Assembly (NCBI GenBank): GCA_903954185.1 | Contig: CAJBMM010000005.1 | Coordinates: 1,768 to 65,767 of the forward strand | DNA: 64,000 bases | Reading direction: 5' to 3' | From: an uncultured Candidatus Berkelbacteria bacterium | GTDB lineage: Bacteria; Patescibacteriota; UBA1384; CAJBMM01 | Shown: positions 40,754 to 51,191 of the stretch, in pieces | Position numbering within the stretch: the first letter of the stretch is position 1 | Layout: each line of letters starts with the position of its first letter | Position numbers and translations under genes: made by a program | The notes under the pieces: model-generated | The model's database searches: none | Seen by the model: only the letters and a program-made list of their open reading frames with translations | Told to the model about the DNA's origin: nothing

Positions 40754-42053
40754 TATTCTCCTTTGACGGTAAAACTCGGCTTATAGCTTCTCCGATCGAC
40801 TTTGCCAAAACTGCTTTTGTAAATCCTAATCTTTTAGCTTCTTTAAGTCTGTCTACTTGCTTTGTTACTGGGCGTATCTCTCCTAATAATCCGATTTCAC
40901 CTACTAAAATATATTCACGGTTAATGACACGATTGTAAAACGCCGATGTGATTGCTAAAGCCACAGCCAAATCAGCCCCCGGATCTTGAACTTTGATGCC
41001 ACCGACAACATTTATATATATGTCCGTACTTTCAATTTTTAACCCTACGCGGCGCTGCAGAACAGCAATAATAATATTTAAGCGATTTGGATCGTAACCA
41101 ACTGTGGTTCGCTTAGGATAGCCATACCCACTTGGCACGGTCAGGGCCTGAATTTCTACTAACAATGGCCTTCTACCCTCCATAATAGAGGTTACGGCAC
41201 AACCAGGGACTGCTACAGGATGTTCTGATAAAAATAAAGCCGATGGATTTTCAACGGTCTCTAATCCTTTTTCGGACATGTTAAAAATTGATACTTCATT
41301 AGTCGCGCCAAATCTATTCTTTACGCCGCGAAGTATTCGAGAGCTTTGGAATGCATCTCCCTCAAACGACAATACTACATCAACAATATGCTCCAATGTT
41401 CGCGGCCCTGCAATTGTGCCTTCTTTGGTCACATGTCCAACTAAAATAATTGCAATACCATTGTTTTTGGCTAGTGATTGAAATTTTTGCGCCGCGCCTC
41501 GAACCTGAACTATACTACCTGGGACGCCAGGTAAATCTGGGTCGATAGTTGTTTGGATCGAATCGATTATAACTAATTGGGGCTTGCGCTGCATAACAGT
41601 TGCAATAATCACGCCGAGATCAGTTTCTTGAAGAATGTCGATATTCGCACCGATTTTAAGACGATCGGCCCTGTGTGATATTTGTTCCAGAGACTCTTCA
41701 CCTGATATATATAAAGTGTCCGATACTTTTGCCGAAATTTGCAAGAGCAAGGTAGATTTTCCGATTCCCGGCTCTCCCCCCAATAATATAAGAGACCCAG
41801 GAACAATCCCACCACCAAGCACATTATCTACTTCCAAATGTCCAGTTATAATTCGCGTTAGTTTACTTCTAGAGATGTCTTTGAGCGATACGGGTGTAGC
41901 AGCTGCGCTGTTTACTATACGCTCAGATGATTTACCTCTCGCCACTTCTTCGACTAAAGAATTCCAAGCTCCGCAAGAGTCGCACTTACCCTGCCATTTA
42001 GACATGGTTTTACCGCATTGTTGACAAACATATATTAGTGTATTAGCCATCAA
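40743..42053 (-). CDS. radA: DNA repair protein RadA/Sms
   Basis: N-terminal zinc finger CQQCGKTMSKWQGKCDSCGAWNS, RecA-like Walker A GGEPGIGKSTLLLQ, KNRFG motif and Lon-protease-like C-terminal domain. Confidence 0.9.
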   Translation of the reverse strand: MMANTLIYVCQQCGKTMSKWQGKCDSCGAWNSLVEEVARGKSSERIVNSAAATPVSLKDISRSKLTRIITGHLEVDNVLGGGIVPGSLILLGGEPGIGKSTLLLQISAKVSDTLYISGEESLEQISHRADRLKIGANIDILQETDLGVIIATVMQRKPQLVIIDSIQTTIDPDLPGVPGSIVQVRGAAQKFQSLAKNNGIAIILVGHVTKEGTIAGPRTLEHIVDVVLSFEGDAFQSSRILRGVKNRFGATNEVSIFNMSEKGLETVENPSALFLSEHPVAVPGCAVTSIMEGRRPLLVEIQALTVPSGYGYPKRTTVGYDPNRLNIIIAVLQRRVGLKIESTDIYINVVGGIKVQDPGADLAVALAITSAFYNRVINREYILVGEIGLLGEIRPVTKQVDRLKEAKRLGFTKAVLAKSIGEAISRVLPSKENNGV

Positions 42054-43705
42054 TTCTCCAAGTATTCACGAACCTCTTTAATATCAAGCTGAATCTCATT
42101 TTTTCCCATCCAATTATTTTCGCGCACTGATGCAGCAACGTCTAATCGTGGCCAAGTTAATATATTTGGATGATTACCCAATTTGAAACCAACAAATGGT
42201 ATAACTGTGCCCTTTTGTTTTACCACACCTCGCAGATGTTTGCCACCACCCATTTTTTGCACCCTCTCTACCGTTACGTCGCTAATATAAAATAGTGGCT
42301 TGGCGTTTCCGTGGCCATACGGTTGCATCTTATTCAGTCTATGTACTAATTTTGCCTCAATTTCTGAAACTTCTAATTCAGAATCAAGTAATAATTGGCG
42401 ATTATTATCACCCGCAGATCGTAGTTTGGTAAATGCAATAATCTGTTGGCAAAATTTATCATAATTATCTACTTTAATAGTCAGTCCTGCAGCATAGTTA
42501 TGGCCGCCCCATTTATCCAACAGCAAAGTAAACTGACTCAAAATTTCTGGTAGTTCATATCCTGGTAAAGACCTAGCGCTACCCTTTAATAAATCACCAT
42601 CCTCGCAAAAGCAAATGACTGGCTTACAATATTTTTCCATCGCTCTTGCTGCTATTAATCCAACAATGCCAATACCCCATTCTTTGCTTTTAATAACAAT
42701 TATTGAGTTGTTGGTAAAATTTTCTGCTAAAATTTGCTCTTCTGATTGTTGAATAGCCTTCTCTAGTTCTTGTTGACGCAACAGATTTCGTTCATTTAAA
42801 TCATGAGCAATTTTGCTTGCTTGCTCTTTGCTTTCCGTAGTCAATAAGTGAAAAACATCTTCTGTATTTTTAGAAACCCTACCCGAAGCGTTTATTCTCG
42901 GACCAAGTATATATCCTACTTCATAGCTTGTAATTGTGCTCACATCAATACCGCTAACCTCTGCTAATGCACATAAACCAATATTTCGACTTTTGCACAA
43001 GACTTTCAATCCGTAATATGCTAATACCCTATTTTCATCAACCAATGGCACAATATCGCATATTGTCGCAAGCGCGACTAAATCTAATTGCCATAATAGC
43101 CATTGTTTTGATAACTGGGCCTGCTTTGTTGATAAGGATTCTAAAAACTTATAAACAATCGCAGTAGCGCATATTTCTGGAAATGGATATGTTGTACCCA
43201 CAAGTTTAGGATTGACGATAATCGCTTTCGGTAAATTTTCTTGCGGCTCGTGATGATCTAATATTATTACATCCATTTGTTTTGATCTGGCATAATCTAC
43301 TTCTTCAATTGCATTGGTTCCATTGTCAATTGTAATTAGCAATTTCACACCTAAATCGGCAAATTTATCAATTCCGTCTTTGCTCAAACCATAGCCAGAT
43401 TCACGACGTGGAATATGTACTTTTGCCTCAACCCCAATCTGTTTTAATCCAAGATATAATAACGCCGTCCCAGGTATACCATCTGCGTCATAATCACCAA
43501 ATAATCCAATTGTCCAATTATATTTAATTGCATCTAATACTTTATTTGTAGCTTCCTTTATGTTTGGTAACAGCTCAAATAAATGACGGTGTTTGTTAAA
43601 ATCTGGATCTAAAAATGCTTCATAGTCTTTTATGAATCTTTTAACCAATAGATCGCGAATTAAATCTTTATCTTTACGAGAAGCAATTATCCAATTTTTA
43701 TCCAT
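42050..43705 (-). CDS. recJ: single-stranded-DNA-specific exonuclease RecJ
   Basis: DHH family motifs GDYDADG, ILDHHE and the DHHA1 region. 551 aa. Confidence 0.9.
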   Translation of the reverse strand: MDKNWIIASRKDKDLIRDLLVKRFIKDYEAFLDPDFNKHRHLFELLPNIKEATNKVLDAIKYNWTIGLFGDYDADGIPGTALLYLGLKQIGVEAKVHIPRRESGYGLSKDGIDKFADLGVKLLITIDNGTNAIEEVDYARSKQMDVIILDHHEPQENLPKAIIVNPKLVGTTYPFPEICATAIVYKFLESLSTKQAQLSKQWLLWQLDLVALATICDIVPLVDENRVLAYYGLKVLCKSRNIGLCALAEVSGIDVSTITSYEVGYILGPRINASGRVSKNTEDVFHLLTTESKEQASKIAHDLNERNLLRQQELEKAIQQSEEQILAENFTNNSIIVIKSKEWGIGIVGLIAARAMEKYCKPVICFCEDGDLLKGSARSLPGYELPEILSQFTLLLDKWGGHNYAAGLTIKVDNYDKFCQQIIAFTKLRSAGDNNRQLLLDSELEVSEIEAKLVHRLNKMQPYGHGNAKPLFYISDVTVERVQKMGGGKHLRGVVKQKGTVIPFVGFKLGNHPNILTWPRLDVAASVRENNWMGKNEIQLDIKEVREYLEN

Positions 43706-43706
43706 T

Positions 43707-44564
43707 TTATTTTATGTATGCCTTACCCAAAACTCTTAAATCTATATATTCTTTAACTTTATCTGGATGTGATGTCAGTACAATTTTCGCTGCCTCTAAT
43801 TGAAGTTTACCGTCTCGCTGCGTGTTAATTAATAATTTAGGGCCAGTCTTACCAACTACCGAAACCTCAAAAGTGGTGACGCCCACTTCAAAATGATCAA
43901 TTGGTACGCCAATAATACTTTCGTATGCATTGGCAACTTCAACCACAATAGAAATAAAACTGGGACTGGCAACATTGTCACTCATTTTTACCGATATACC
44001 AGAAGTATCTATAATTAAAGGCACGGCATAGTCTTTATGGGGATTCATTATCGCATCGCCATCCCTGCCCACGATAAACTTTGTTTCACCACTTTGCCAA
44101 ATAACTGCAACATTTTTTTCGGCTAAATCAATTTTAATCGTATTTGGCACTCCACGATAAATTGCCACATCGGAAATTAGAGGCGATACTTCTTTTACTT
44201 TTCCTACTACTTTACCCGTAGGATATCGCCATAAGTTAAGATTAGTCGGCACAACTGCACTAATATTTTCTGAGCCAACATTTATGTTGCCAGTAATAAT
44301 AACTTCATTTACAGTAAAAATTGGGGAAAATAAAACCCAAGCAAACAAACCTATGCTTAATACAATAACTAAAACACGCATTATTGGACGCATAATAGAA
44401 GGCTTTTTCTCTACTACTTTCTCCGTTAGTCCGCTCATCTTAGCGTGCTTACGAATTGTGCCACGATTTATCGTTTTGTTTATTTTGGGAGTCGGTTGTG
44501 AAATTAATCGCATCAAAAATCCTAACTTATTTCGCCCAGATACCAAGATATTCAACTTTATCAA
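43707..44564 (-). CDS. ftsQ: cell division protein FtsQ/DivIB-like (TM + POTRA)
   Basis: Single TM helix VLVIVLSIGLFAWVLFSPIF, then a POTRA-like region. Position downstream of murB in the dcw cluster. Confidence 0.5.
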   Translation of the reverse strand: MIKLNILVSGRNKLGFLMRLISQPTPKINKTINRGTIRKHAKMSGLTEKVVEKKPSIMRPIMRVLVIVLSIGLFAWVLFSPIFTVNEVIITGNINVGSENISAVVPTNLNLWRYPTGKVVGKVKEVSPLISDVAIYRGVPNTIKIDLAEKNVAVIWQSGETKFIVGRDGDAIMNPHKDYAVPLIIDTSGISVKMSDNVASPSFISIVVEVANAYESIIGVPIDHFEVGVTTFEVSVVGKTGPKLLINTQRDGKLQLEAAKIVLTSHPDKVKEYIDLRVLGKAYIK

Positions 44565-45477
44565 CTATTTTAGCCCTGCCGCTATCTTTGATCGCTTTTG
44601 TAATTAATTCTTTCAATTGAAAAATTTCACTTGCTGATGCGTTTCCCAAGTTAACGATAAAATCTGGATGGTCTTTAGCAACAATCGCATCTCCAATATT
44701 CAATTTTTTATTAATTAGATCTTTCAGAAGATTGGCAATATTAACATCTTCTTCCGGCGCAATATGAAAGAAGCTACCGGCAGAGTGATGTATGTCAGTC
44801 AAATTATAGGGATAAAACTTTTTAGATGACTCTTGCATTCTCTCCATTATTTCATCGCGGCGCTGTTGACGCAACTGCAATAGCACCGTAAGTATTATAG
44901 GTTTTGGTTGCTGCCATTCTCGTAATTTTGAGGTATGTTCATGATAGTTCATCCAATCTACACTGACCTGTTTAAGCTGTGCAGGATGTTCATCATCGGG
45001 AGGTAAAATTAATGTAATGTTTTTCACAACTTCGTCAATATTGTGATTTGAGACAGATGAATTATTATACACCGCACCACCAATAGTGCCCGGAATTCCG
45101 TACCACCACTCCAGACCAGATAAACTACGCGAGGCAGATTCGGTGACAACCCTAGAAAAAGTACAACCACTATCAACCATAACTTGATTTTTCTCTGTTA
45201 AAAACGAGATTCTTGAAGTTATGTTATGAATGACCAATCCGGGAAACCCAGCGTCAGAAAAAACAATGCCGCTACCTCCCCCAATAACTAAATAAGGCAC
45301 CTTGTTTTTATGACAACAATCTATCGCAATAATTAATTTATCGATTTGATTCGTTTCATAAAAAAAATCTGCCACGCCACCCACTCTTAAAGTAGTGTAA
45401 TCCCGCATTGGTACACTTTGACGGACTTCTTCGCCAAGTGCATCCTCTAATTTTCGTTTAACCGCATCGTGATCCAT
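44527..45477 (-). CDS. murB: UDP-N-acetylenolpyruvoylglucosamine reductase
   Basis: FAD-binding TTLRVGGVADFF ... GGGSGIV and C-terminal MurB domain. dcw context. Confidence 0.85.
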   Translation of the reverse strand: MDHDAVKRKLEDALGEEVRQSVPMRDYTTLRVGGVADFFYETNQIDKLIIAIDCCHKNKVPYLVIGGGSGIVFSDAGFPGLVIHNITSRISFLTEKNQVMVDSGCTFSRVVTESASRSLSGLEWWYGIPGTIGGAVYNNSSVSNHNIDEVVKNITLILPPDDEHPAQLKQVSVDWMNYHEHTSKLREWQQPKPIILTVLLQLRQQRRDEIMERMQESSKKFYPYNLTDIHHSAGSFFHIAPEEDVNIANLLKDLINKKLNIGDAIVAKDHPDFIVNLGNASASEIFQLKELITKAIKDSGRAKIVDKVEYLGIWAK

Positions 45478-45582
45478 GCTGGCATTATAACATGATTATG
45501 CCCAATATGAGTACTACAAATATTGAAGGCGTAAAATTCAAATGCACAATTGACGAAGCCACGTTCAATGTGTAGTAATTAG

Positions 45583-46866
45583 TTACTTTAGTAATAATTG
45601 ACCGACTTTATAAACATCTGTGGCGCCCATGGTTAAAATTAATGTCCGGCTTTTAAGATAATTACGAACTTTATTAGCTGCTTCTTCGTTGCTCTGCGCC
45701 AATTCAACATCTTGCCCCAACTTAACCGCGCGATACATCAGTTCTTCACTTGTAGCTACCTCTACGTCTTCATCACTTTCTCTGCCAGGAACTTTATAAA
45801 CAGGCAATAATATAACTTTATCAGCAATATCTAGGGCGCTAACCGTTTCATCCATTTGATGCCTAAGCCGCCCCGCTTGATGAGGCTGGTAAATAAGTAT
45901 TAATTTCATATCAGGAAAAGTCTCTTTTGTTGCTTCTAACGTAGCCCTCAACTCACTTGCGTGATGCCCATAATCATCGTATATCTTTGTCTCCCCAACG
46001 CTACCTATATATTCGAATCGTCTTTCAATCCCAGGAAATGACTTTAGCGCGTCAATAATAATTGCATGAGGCACTCCTAATATACTTGCCATTTCATAAA
46101 CCGCAGTTGCATTTAACAAATTATGTTTTCCGGGCATATGTAAAGTTATACCTGCTAGTGGTTCGGTGTATTTTATTAGGGTACCATCAAAACCCTTGAT
46201 GATATTATGCGACATTGGATACTGGTAATTAATCACTAAAGCGTGCGTGGTTAGATTTACCAACTTTTTAAAAGCATTCTCATATTCTAATGCTGTTGGA
46301 TAAGTATCAAAGTGATCTTGTTCAACTGATGTAATAATTGCATGAGTAGGGTTATATTCCAAAAAACGACGCGCATATTCATCTGCTTCTATAACAAAAA
46401 TACTCTCATCACCCAACCTCGAATTTCCACCCCATTCCCCCAGTTTTGCGCCCAATGCCACGGTTGGATTAAGCCCTGCTTTCTCTAATACCCAACCCAT
46501 CATGGCTGTAGTAGTAGATTTACCATGCGTACCAGCAACAGCAATGCGAATGTTAGCGCGATTAAAAAAACGTGCCGCCACTTGTGCAAAGGATAAACAT
46601 GGAACATCAAATCTCTTAGCTGCTTCTATTTCAATATAACCACTCGAACTGTTAGTAATCGCTGCGCTATACCAAATTTCATTTATATCTTTAGAAACGT
46701 TTTCCGCACGATGCGAATTAAAAATTCGAATACCCATATTCTCCAATTTATGAAAATCATTTGTGCTGGAACTATCCGATCCGGTGACAACATAGCCATT
46801 ATTAATCGCAATATCTACTAGATACGCTGCGGCCGTACCACCGATTCCGATTATATGTACTTTCAT
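45583..46866 (-). CDS. murC: UDP-N-acetylmuramate--L-alanine ligase
   Basis: N-terminal HIIGIGGTAAAYLVDIAINNGYVVTGSD and P-loop GTHGKSTTTAM (Mur ligase). Confidence 0.9.
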   Translation of the reverse strand: MKVHIIGIGGTAAAYLVDIAINNGYVVTGSDSSSTNDFHKLENMGIRIFNSHRAENVSKDINEIWYSAAITNSSSGYIEIEAAKRFDVPCLSFAQVAARFFNRANIRIAVAGTHGKSTTTAMMGWVLEKAGLNPTVALGAKLGEWGGNSRLGDESIFVIEADEYARRFLEYNPTHAIITSVEQDHFDTYPTALEYENAFKKLVNLTTHALVINYQYPMSHNIIKGFDGTLIKYTEPLAGITLHMPGKHNLLNATAVYEMASILGVPHAIIIDALKSFPGIERRFEYIGSVGETKIYDDYGHHASELRATLEATKETFPDMKLILIYQPHQAGRLRHQMDETVSALDIADKVILLPVYKVPGRESDEDVEVATSEELMYRAVKLGQDVELAQSNEEAANKVRNYLKSRTLILTMGATDVYKVGQLLLK

Positions 46867-47984
46867 ATCTTTACCTCATTTAAAATAATTTCGGCCACGC
46901 TTTCCGCTGCTTTGATAGGATTCACAGTAGCAATATCAATCGACATTTTATGTAATTTATTTTTGTCTTCTGCAATATTTTTTACAGTATTAAATAGTTT
47001 TACGCCCGTAAGATCTGATTGTTCATAATATTGTGCGCCACCACACTTTTCTACATACCTCGCATTCGCCCTTGCATGATCGTTGGCACTAGTTGGAAGA
47101 GGTATAAGGATCGCAGGTAGCTTAAAAAAAGATAAATCAGTAATTGTGCCTGCGCCTGTACGCGATACGGCTAATTTACTTTTACCCATAATAACGGCTA
47201 ATTCTGTTTGGGATAAATATGCCACAGGATGATAAAGCAATCTTTCCCCCAAATTAAGTTTATTTTTCTCTCTTATTGCTTGATCAATATTATTTGCGCC
47301 CACTTGATGAACCACGTTGAAAAAATTTACATATCCGTTAAGTTCATCCCAAATCAATTGATTGATAGCTGCCGACCCCTGGCTTCCCCCTAAAATGAGT
47401 AAAGTATTTTCTTTAAGATTATACTTTTGAAATATTTTTGCTGATACTTCGCTTGAAACATTATGACGCTGAATTGGATTTCCTGTATAGATAGCGATTT
47501 TCCTAACCCAGCTAGGATAATATCTAACTGGAAAACCACAGCATAGTTTTTTAGCCATTCGCAGCAGCAGCCGATTAGTCAACCCTAAAACAATATCAGA
47601 TTCGTGAATTACTACCGGTATTCCCAATAATTTCGCTGAAAAAACTACGGGTGCAGAAACAAAACCAGATTTAGAAAAGACAACATCTGGCTTTATTCGT
47701 TTTAAAATTCGCAGAGATTGTAATACGCCCCCGATGGTTTTTAATATATCGCTAATATTGTCAACTGAAACGTAACGACGGATTTTTCCAGTATCAATTG
47801 GATAAAAATCTATATTGTTATCTCGAGCGACTATGTTCGCATAACCATCTATCATTCCAATCCAAGACAAATTAACATCGGGATGGTTTTGCAACACTTT
47901 CGCCACAGCTAGCGCTGGCTCTACATGCCCACCAGATCCACCACCTGTTATAACAATTTTGATTTTATTGTGATTTTGTTTCAT
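46863..47984 (-). CDS. murG: UDP-N-acetylglucosamine--N-acetylmuramyl-(pentapeptide) pyrophosphoryl-undecaprenol GlcNAc transferase
   Basis: GT28 N-terminal ITGGGSGGHVEPALA motif. 4-nt overlap with murC. Confidence 0.9.
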   Translation of the reverse strand: MKQNHNKIKIVITGGGSGGHVEPALAVAKVLQNHPDVNLSWIGMIDGYANIVARDNNIDFYPIDTGKIRRYVSVDNISDILKTIGGVLQSLRILKRIKPDVVFSKSGFVSAPVVFSAKLLGIPVVIHESDIVLGLTNRLLLRMAKKLCCGFPVRYYPSWVRKIAIYTGNPIQRHNVSSEVSAKIFQKYNLKENTLLILGGSQGSAAINQLIWDELNGYVNFFNVVHQVGANNIDQAIREKNKLNLGERLLYHPVAYLSQTELAVIMGKSKLAVSRTGAGTITDLSFFKLPAILIPLPTSANDHARANARYVEKCGGAQYYEQSDLTGVKLFNTVKNIAEDKNKLHKMSIDIATVNPIKAAESVAEIILNEVKI

Positions 47985-48038
47985 TTCACCTTTGAAAAAT
48001 ATTCTTTCAATAATTCATCATTATTAATTTTAAATTCA

Positions 48039-49148
48039 TCATTCTTTTTCTATATACCTTGATATATTCAATATTACTCCTGTTGCCATAAATAGTGCCA
48101 CCATTGCCGATCGGCCATAACTTACAAACGGAAGTGGCACACCCGTCATTGGAATCAATGAAGTCATGGAGCCAATATTAATTAATGCCTGGCCAACAAA
48201 CCATACAGTTATGCCAATTGCCAAAAGGGATCCAAACATATCTGGCGCAAATTTAGCAATTCTTATGCCTCTTACTCCAATAAATCCATAGACCAATATC
48301 AAAGCCGAAGTTCTGAAAAATCCCAGTTCTTCAACAATAATCGCAAATATTGAATCTGTATGCCCTTCTGGCAAAAAACCCCTCTTTTGTACACCTTTAA
48401 GGAAACCCTTTCCCCACAAACCACCTAAGCCAATAGCAATCTTTGCCTGTACTGCATGGTATCCTGCCCCTGTTGGTGAATTTTCGGCATTAATAAATGT
48501 TGTTAATCGTTGCAAACGATAAGGTGCAATTTTTATTGCCAAAACGACCATTCCAATTAAACTACCAATTACCGCCGATATTTGTGTTAGTTTTGCACCT
48601 CCGCATATGTACATTGCTAATGCGACAATCATCATCACCCCGAGTGAACCTAAATCTTTTTGGGCAAGCATTAAAGCACCAATTGCCGAAATAATTATTA
48701 CAAACCAACTAAATCCTTTCCAGGAATGCATCTCTTCACGTTTTTGGCTAAACCAGCTGGCAAGAAAGAGAATGAATGACAATTTTGCAAATTCAGATGG
48801 CTGAAAAGTTTGCCCTGCAATGCTTACCCACCGATGCGCGCCCTTTGTTTCACCCTTAGATAGCAAAAATACCGAAACTAATAATATTACAGTTATTAGC
48901 ATCCATGCAACTCCGTATTTTTGATATCGCCGATAATCAATTTGCTGAATGATTATCCAAGCAATAATACCAATAACGTACGAAATTAATTGTAGAAATA
49001 AATAATAAGTAGAATTCTCTGGATTATTTGTAGCAACGCGAGAAAGTTCTGCAGAAGCCGAGTACAACATTAATAAACCAAAAACCGACAACCCAAATAT
49101 GGCTATCGCTAATTGCATATCAATTTTACCTTTGTCCCGAAATCTCAC
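48039..49148 (-). CDS. ftsW: SEDS-family peptidoglycan glycosyltransferase FtsW
   Basis: About 10 TM helices, SEDS conserved motifs and dcw position between murD and murG. Confidence 0.85.
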   Translation of the reverse strand: MRFRDKGKIDMQLAIAIFGLSVFGLLMLYSASAELSRVATNNPENSTYYLFLQLISYVIGIIAWIIIQQIDYRRYQKYGVAWMLITVILLVSVFLLSKGETKGAHRWVSIAGQTFQPSEFAKLSFILFLASWFSQKREEMHSWKGFSWFVIIISAIGALMLAQKDLGSLGVMMIVALAMYICGGAKLTQISAVIGSLIGMVVLAIKIAPYRLQRLTTFINAENSPTGAGYHAVQAKIAIGLGGLWGKGFLKGVQKRGFLPEGHTDSIFAIIVEELGFFRTSALILVYGFIGVRGIRIAKFAPDMFGSLLAIGITVWFVGQALINIGSMTSLIPMTGVPLPFVSYGRSAMVALFMATGVILNISRYIEKE

Positions 49149-49164
49149 CTAAATCTCCAGTTTT

Positions 49165-49236
49165 TAGTCATTAGTCATTAGTCATTAGTCATTAGTCATT
49201 AGTCATTAGTCATTAGTCATTAGTCATTAGTCATTA
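49165..49236. repeat. (TAGTCAT)n heptanucleotide microsatellite, ~10 tandem copies, in the ftsW-murD intergenic space
   Basis: Direct reading: ttagtcattagtcattagtcattagtcattagtcattagtcattagtcattagtcattagtcatta. Shorter tracts of the same unit at 171..200 and 24305..24325. Related heptamer tracts at 57351..57412 and 58381..58410. Confidence 0.9.
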
Positions 49237-49310
49237 TAATGAATTATTCCATAATTCTGCACCTGTAGTGAGCTTGTCGAAACTATTCTGCATTCTGCAA
49301 TCTCCATTTT

Positions 49311-50750
49311 TCACCCATGAAGAGAATGCACCGATTTTTCAAACTGCCCTGCTCTATCATAAACATTTTTAAACATCCCAAAACTGGCACAACCGGGTGA
49401 AAATAGTACATAATCACCTTCGCTCGTTGATTTTTCCGCTAAACGAACTATTTCGTTCATACTATTGGTATTTTCTAAAATTATTTCAGGGGTAGTTGCT
49501 TTTTCTTTAGCAGACACATCTTCAATACATTGTTTGATTTCTTTTGCAGTATCACCCACTAACAAAACTTTAGATATTCCACATCTAATCAACTGTAACG
49601 CCAAATTTTCAAAGCCATATCCTTTAGAGCTACCCCCAATTATTACTAGCGGATTATTAACAGCATAAGCCTGAATAGCCGCTTCGGTGGAATCTGGGGC
49701 AGTAGAGAATGCATCATCTATCCAAATCCTTCCAGAGAACTTTCCAATTTCAACCAATCTGTGGGGTAAACCAGAAAAACCACCCAGTGTTTGCCTAATC
49801 GATTTATAAGACACCCCATAAGAAAGCGCTACCGCTATCGCTGCACAAATATTGGATAAGTTATGCTCACCCCGTAGCTTAATACTTCTGCTATTAATGA
49901 TTTTTTTATTGATTAACATCCCACTCTCAACTATCCATACGTTACCATTATATTTTTTTACAAAGACCCCAGGATCGACATATTTTCTAGTCGAAAACCA
50001 TGTAGTGCAAGCTTGGGTTAACATTGCAAAATTAACCGAGGTTAATGAATCGGCATTTAAAATTGCCAAATCTTTTTTATATTGGTGTTGCACGATATTA
50101 GATTTTGCCTCCACATATTCGTCTAATGTTTTATGATGATTAAGATGCTCGACTGTTATATCTTGTACTACAGCGACGTGTGGGCTTATTGACAAGCCTT
50201 GCAACTGAAAACTAGATAACTCCAGTACTGCTAACTCATTCTTATCAATATCTACCAACCAATCGATAAAAGACTCACCGATATTGCCTCCATATCGAAC
50301 TTTTTTGCCACCGTCTAACAACAATTTGTAAATGAGAGCTGTTGTAGTACTTTTACCTTTAGTGCCCGTAACAGCGACGGTATGATGCGCGTAATATTGT
50401 AAAAAAATCTCAGTTTGACTAGTCACCTCTACGCCATTTTTTTTAGCCTCTTGTATTTCTGCAGTTAGATACGGAATTCCAGGACTGCGCACAATAACAT
50501 CAACCTCACCCAATCCACTCAAATAATCAACACCGCCAATAATAGATGTTTCCTCTAATTTAGAAATTAGGAATTCGTCATTAGAAATTGCGGACTTTAT
50601 CTCACTCGCACTCTTTTTATCTCTAAGATCGATCAGCGCACCGTATTTCACCAAAAACCCGGCTACCGCTACCCCTTCTTTTCCGCATCCCAAAATTGCT
50701 ACGGTTTTACCCGAGAATCTTTTTTTCAGTTCATTATTAATATTCATCAC
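49311..50750 (-). CDS. murD: UDP-N-acetylmuramoylalanine--D-glutamate ligase
   Basis: N-terminal KTVAILGCGKEGVAVAGFL Rossmann region, Mur ligase P-loop GTKGKSTTT. Positional assignment between mraY and ftsW. Confidence 0.85.
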   Translation of the reverse strand: MMNINNELKKRFSGKTVAILGCGKEGVAVAGFLVKYGALIDLRDKKSASEIKSAISNDEFLISKLEETSIIGGVDYLSGLGEVDVIVRSPGIPYLTAEIQEAKKNGVEVTSQTEIFLQYYAHHTVAVTGTKGKSTTTALIYKLLLDGGKKVRYGGNIGESFIDWLVDIDKNELAVLELSSFQLQGLSISPHVAVVQDITVEHLNHHKTLDEYVEAKSNIVQHQYKKDLAILNADSLTSVNFAMLTQACTTWFSTRKYVDPGVFVKKYNGNVWIVESGMLINKKIINSRSIKLRGEHNLSNICAAIAVALSYGVSYKSIRQTLGGFSGLPHRLVEIGKFSGRIWIDDAFSTAPDSTEAAIQAYAVNNPLVIIGGSSKGYGFENLALQLIRCGISKVLLVGDTAKEIKQCIEDVSAKEKATTPEIILENTNSMNEIVRLAEKSTSEGDYVLFSPGCASFGMFKNVYDRAGQFEKSVHSLHG

Positions 50751-50804
50751 ATCTTAATGATACAGAAAAACCGGAACTAAATCGAGGCTCTGGCAAGTAC
50801 ATGC

Positions 50805-51191
50805 CTAAGGGTTTTCTAGCGTTACATCATGCGATAAAAAAGTCCCATTTAAAAATACTTCAGCATCATTTTGATTAACAAACCTTAAGATTGCATCATT
50901 ATTATTATAGAACTCGATATAATGATTGCCTGCACCATAACCAGTTATCTGGTAAGAACCGCCACCATCAGTCGTAGCAATATAGCCATCTAAAACCACC
51001 GTCAACCCAGATGCTGAAGCACCATTCTTATATTTTGCTTTTCCAGCGATGATAGTCGCGTCAATTGCAGAGGTAAGTTTGTCTGTAGTATCAGCAGACC
51101 CGTGCCTATTAGAGGTAATGAAATATATGCCAAATCCTAATAACAATACTACTAGAACGGCGATAATAGAAATATTTAGTTTATTCATCAA
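50805..51191 (-). CDS. small secreted/anchored protein with carboxypeptidase-regulatory-like beta-sandwich domain
   Basis: N-terminal hydrophobic segment IIAVLVVLLLGFGIYFI. GLTVVLDGYIATTDGGGSYQITGYGAGNHYIEF resembles the CarboxypepD_reg fold signature. 4-nt overlap with the upstream metalloprotease gene. Confidence 0.4.
   Translation of the reverse strand: MMNKLNISIIAVLVVLLLGFGIYFITSNRHGSADTTDKLTSAIDATIIAGKAKYKNGASASGLTVVLDGYIATTDGGGSYQITGYGAGNHYIEFYNNNDAILRFVNQNDAEVFLNGTFLSHDVTLENP

Noticed and set aside
49165-49236. Could the tandem heptamer or other short repeats be a CRISPR array?
   Set aside because: The units are 7 bp with no spacers. No 25-40 bp repeat-spacer periodicity and no cas genes appear anywhere in the window.
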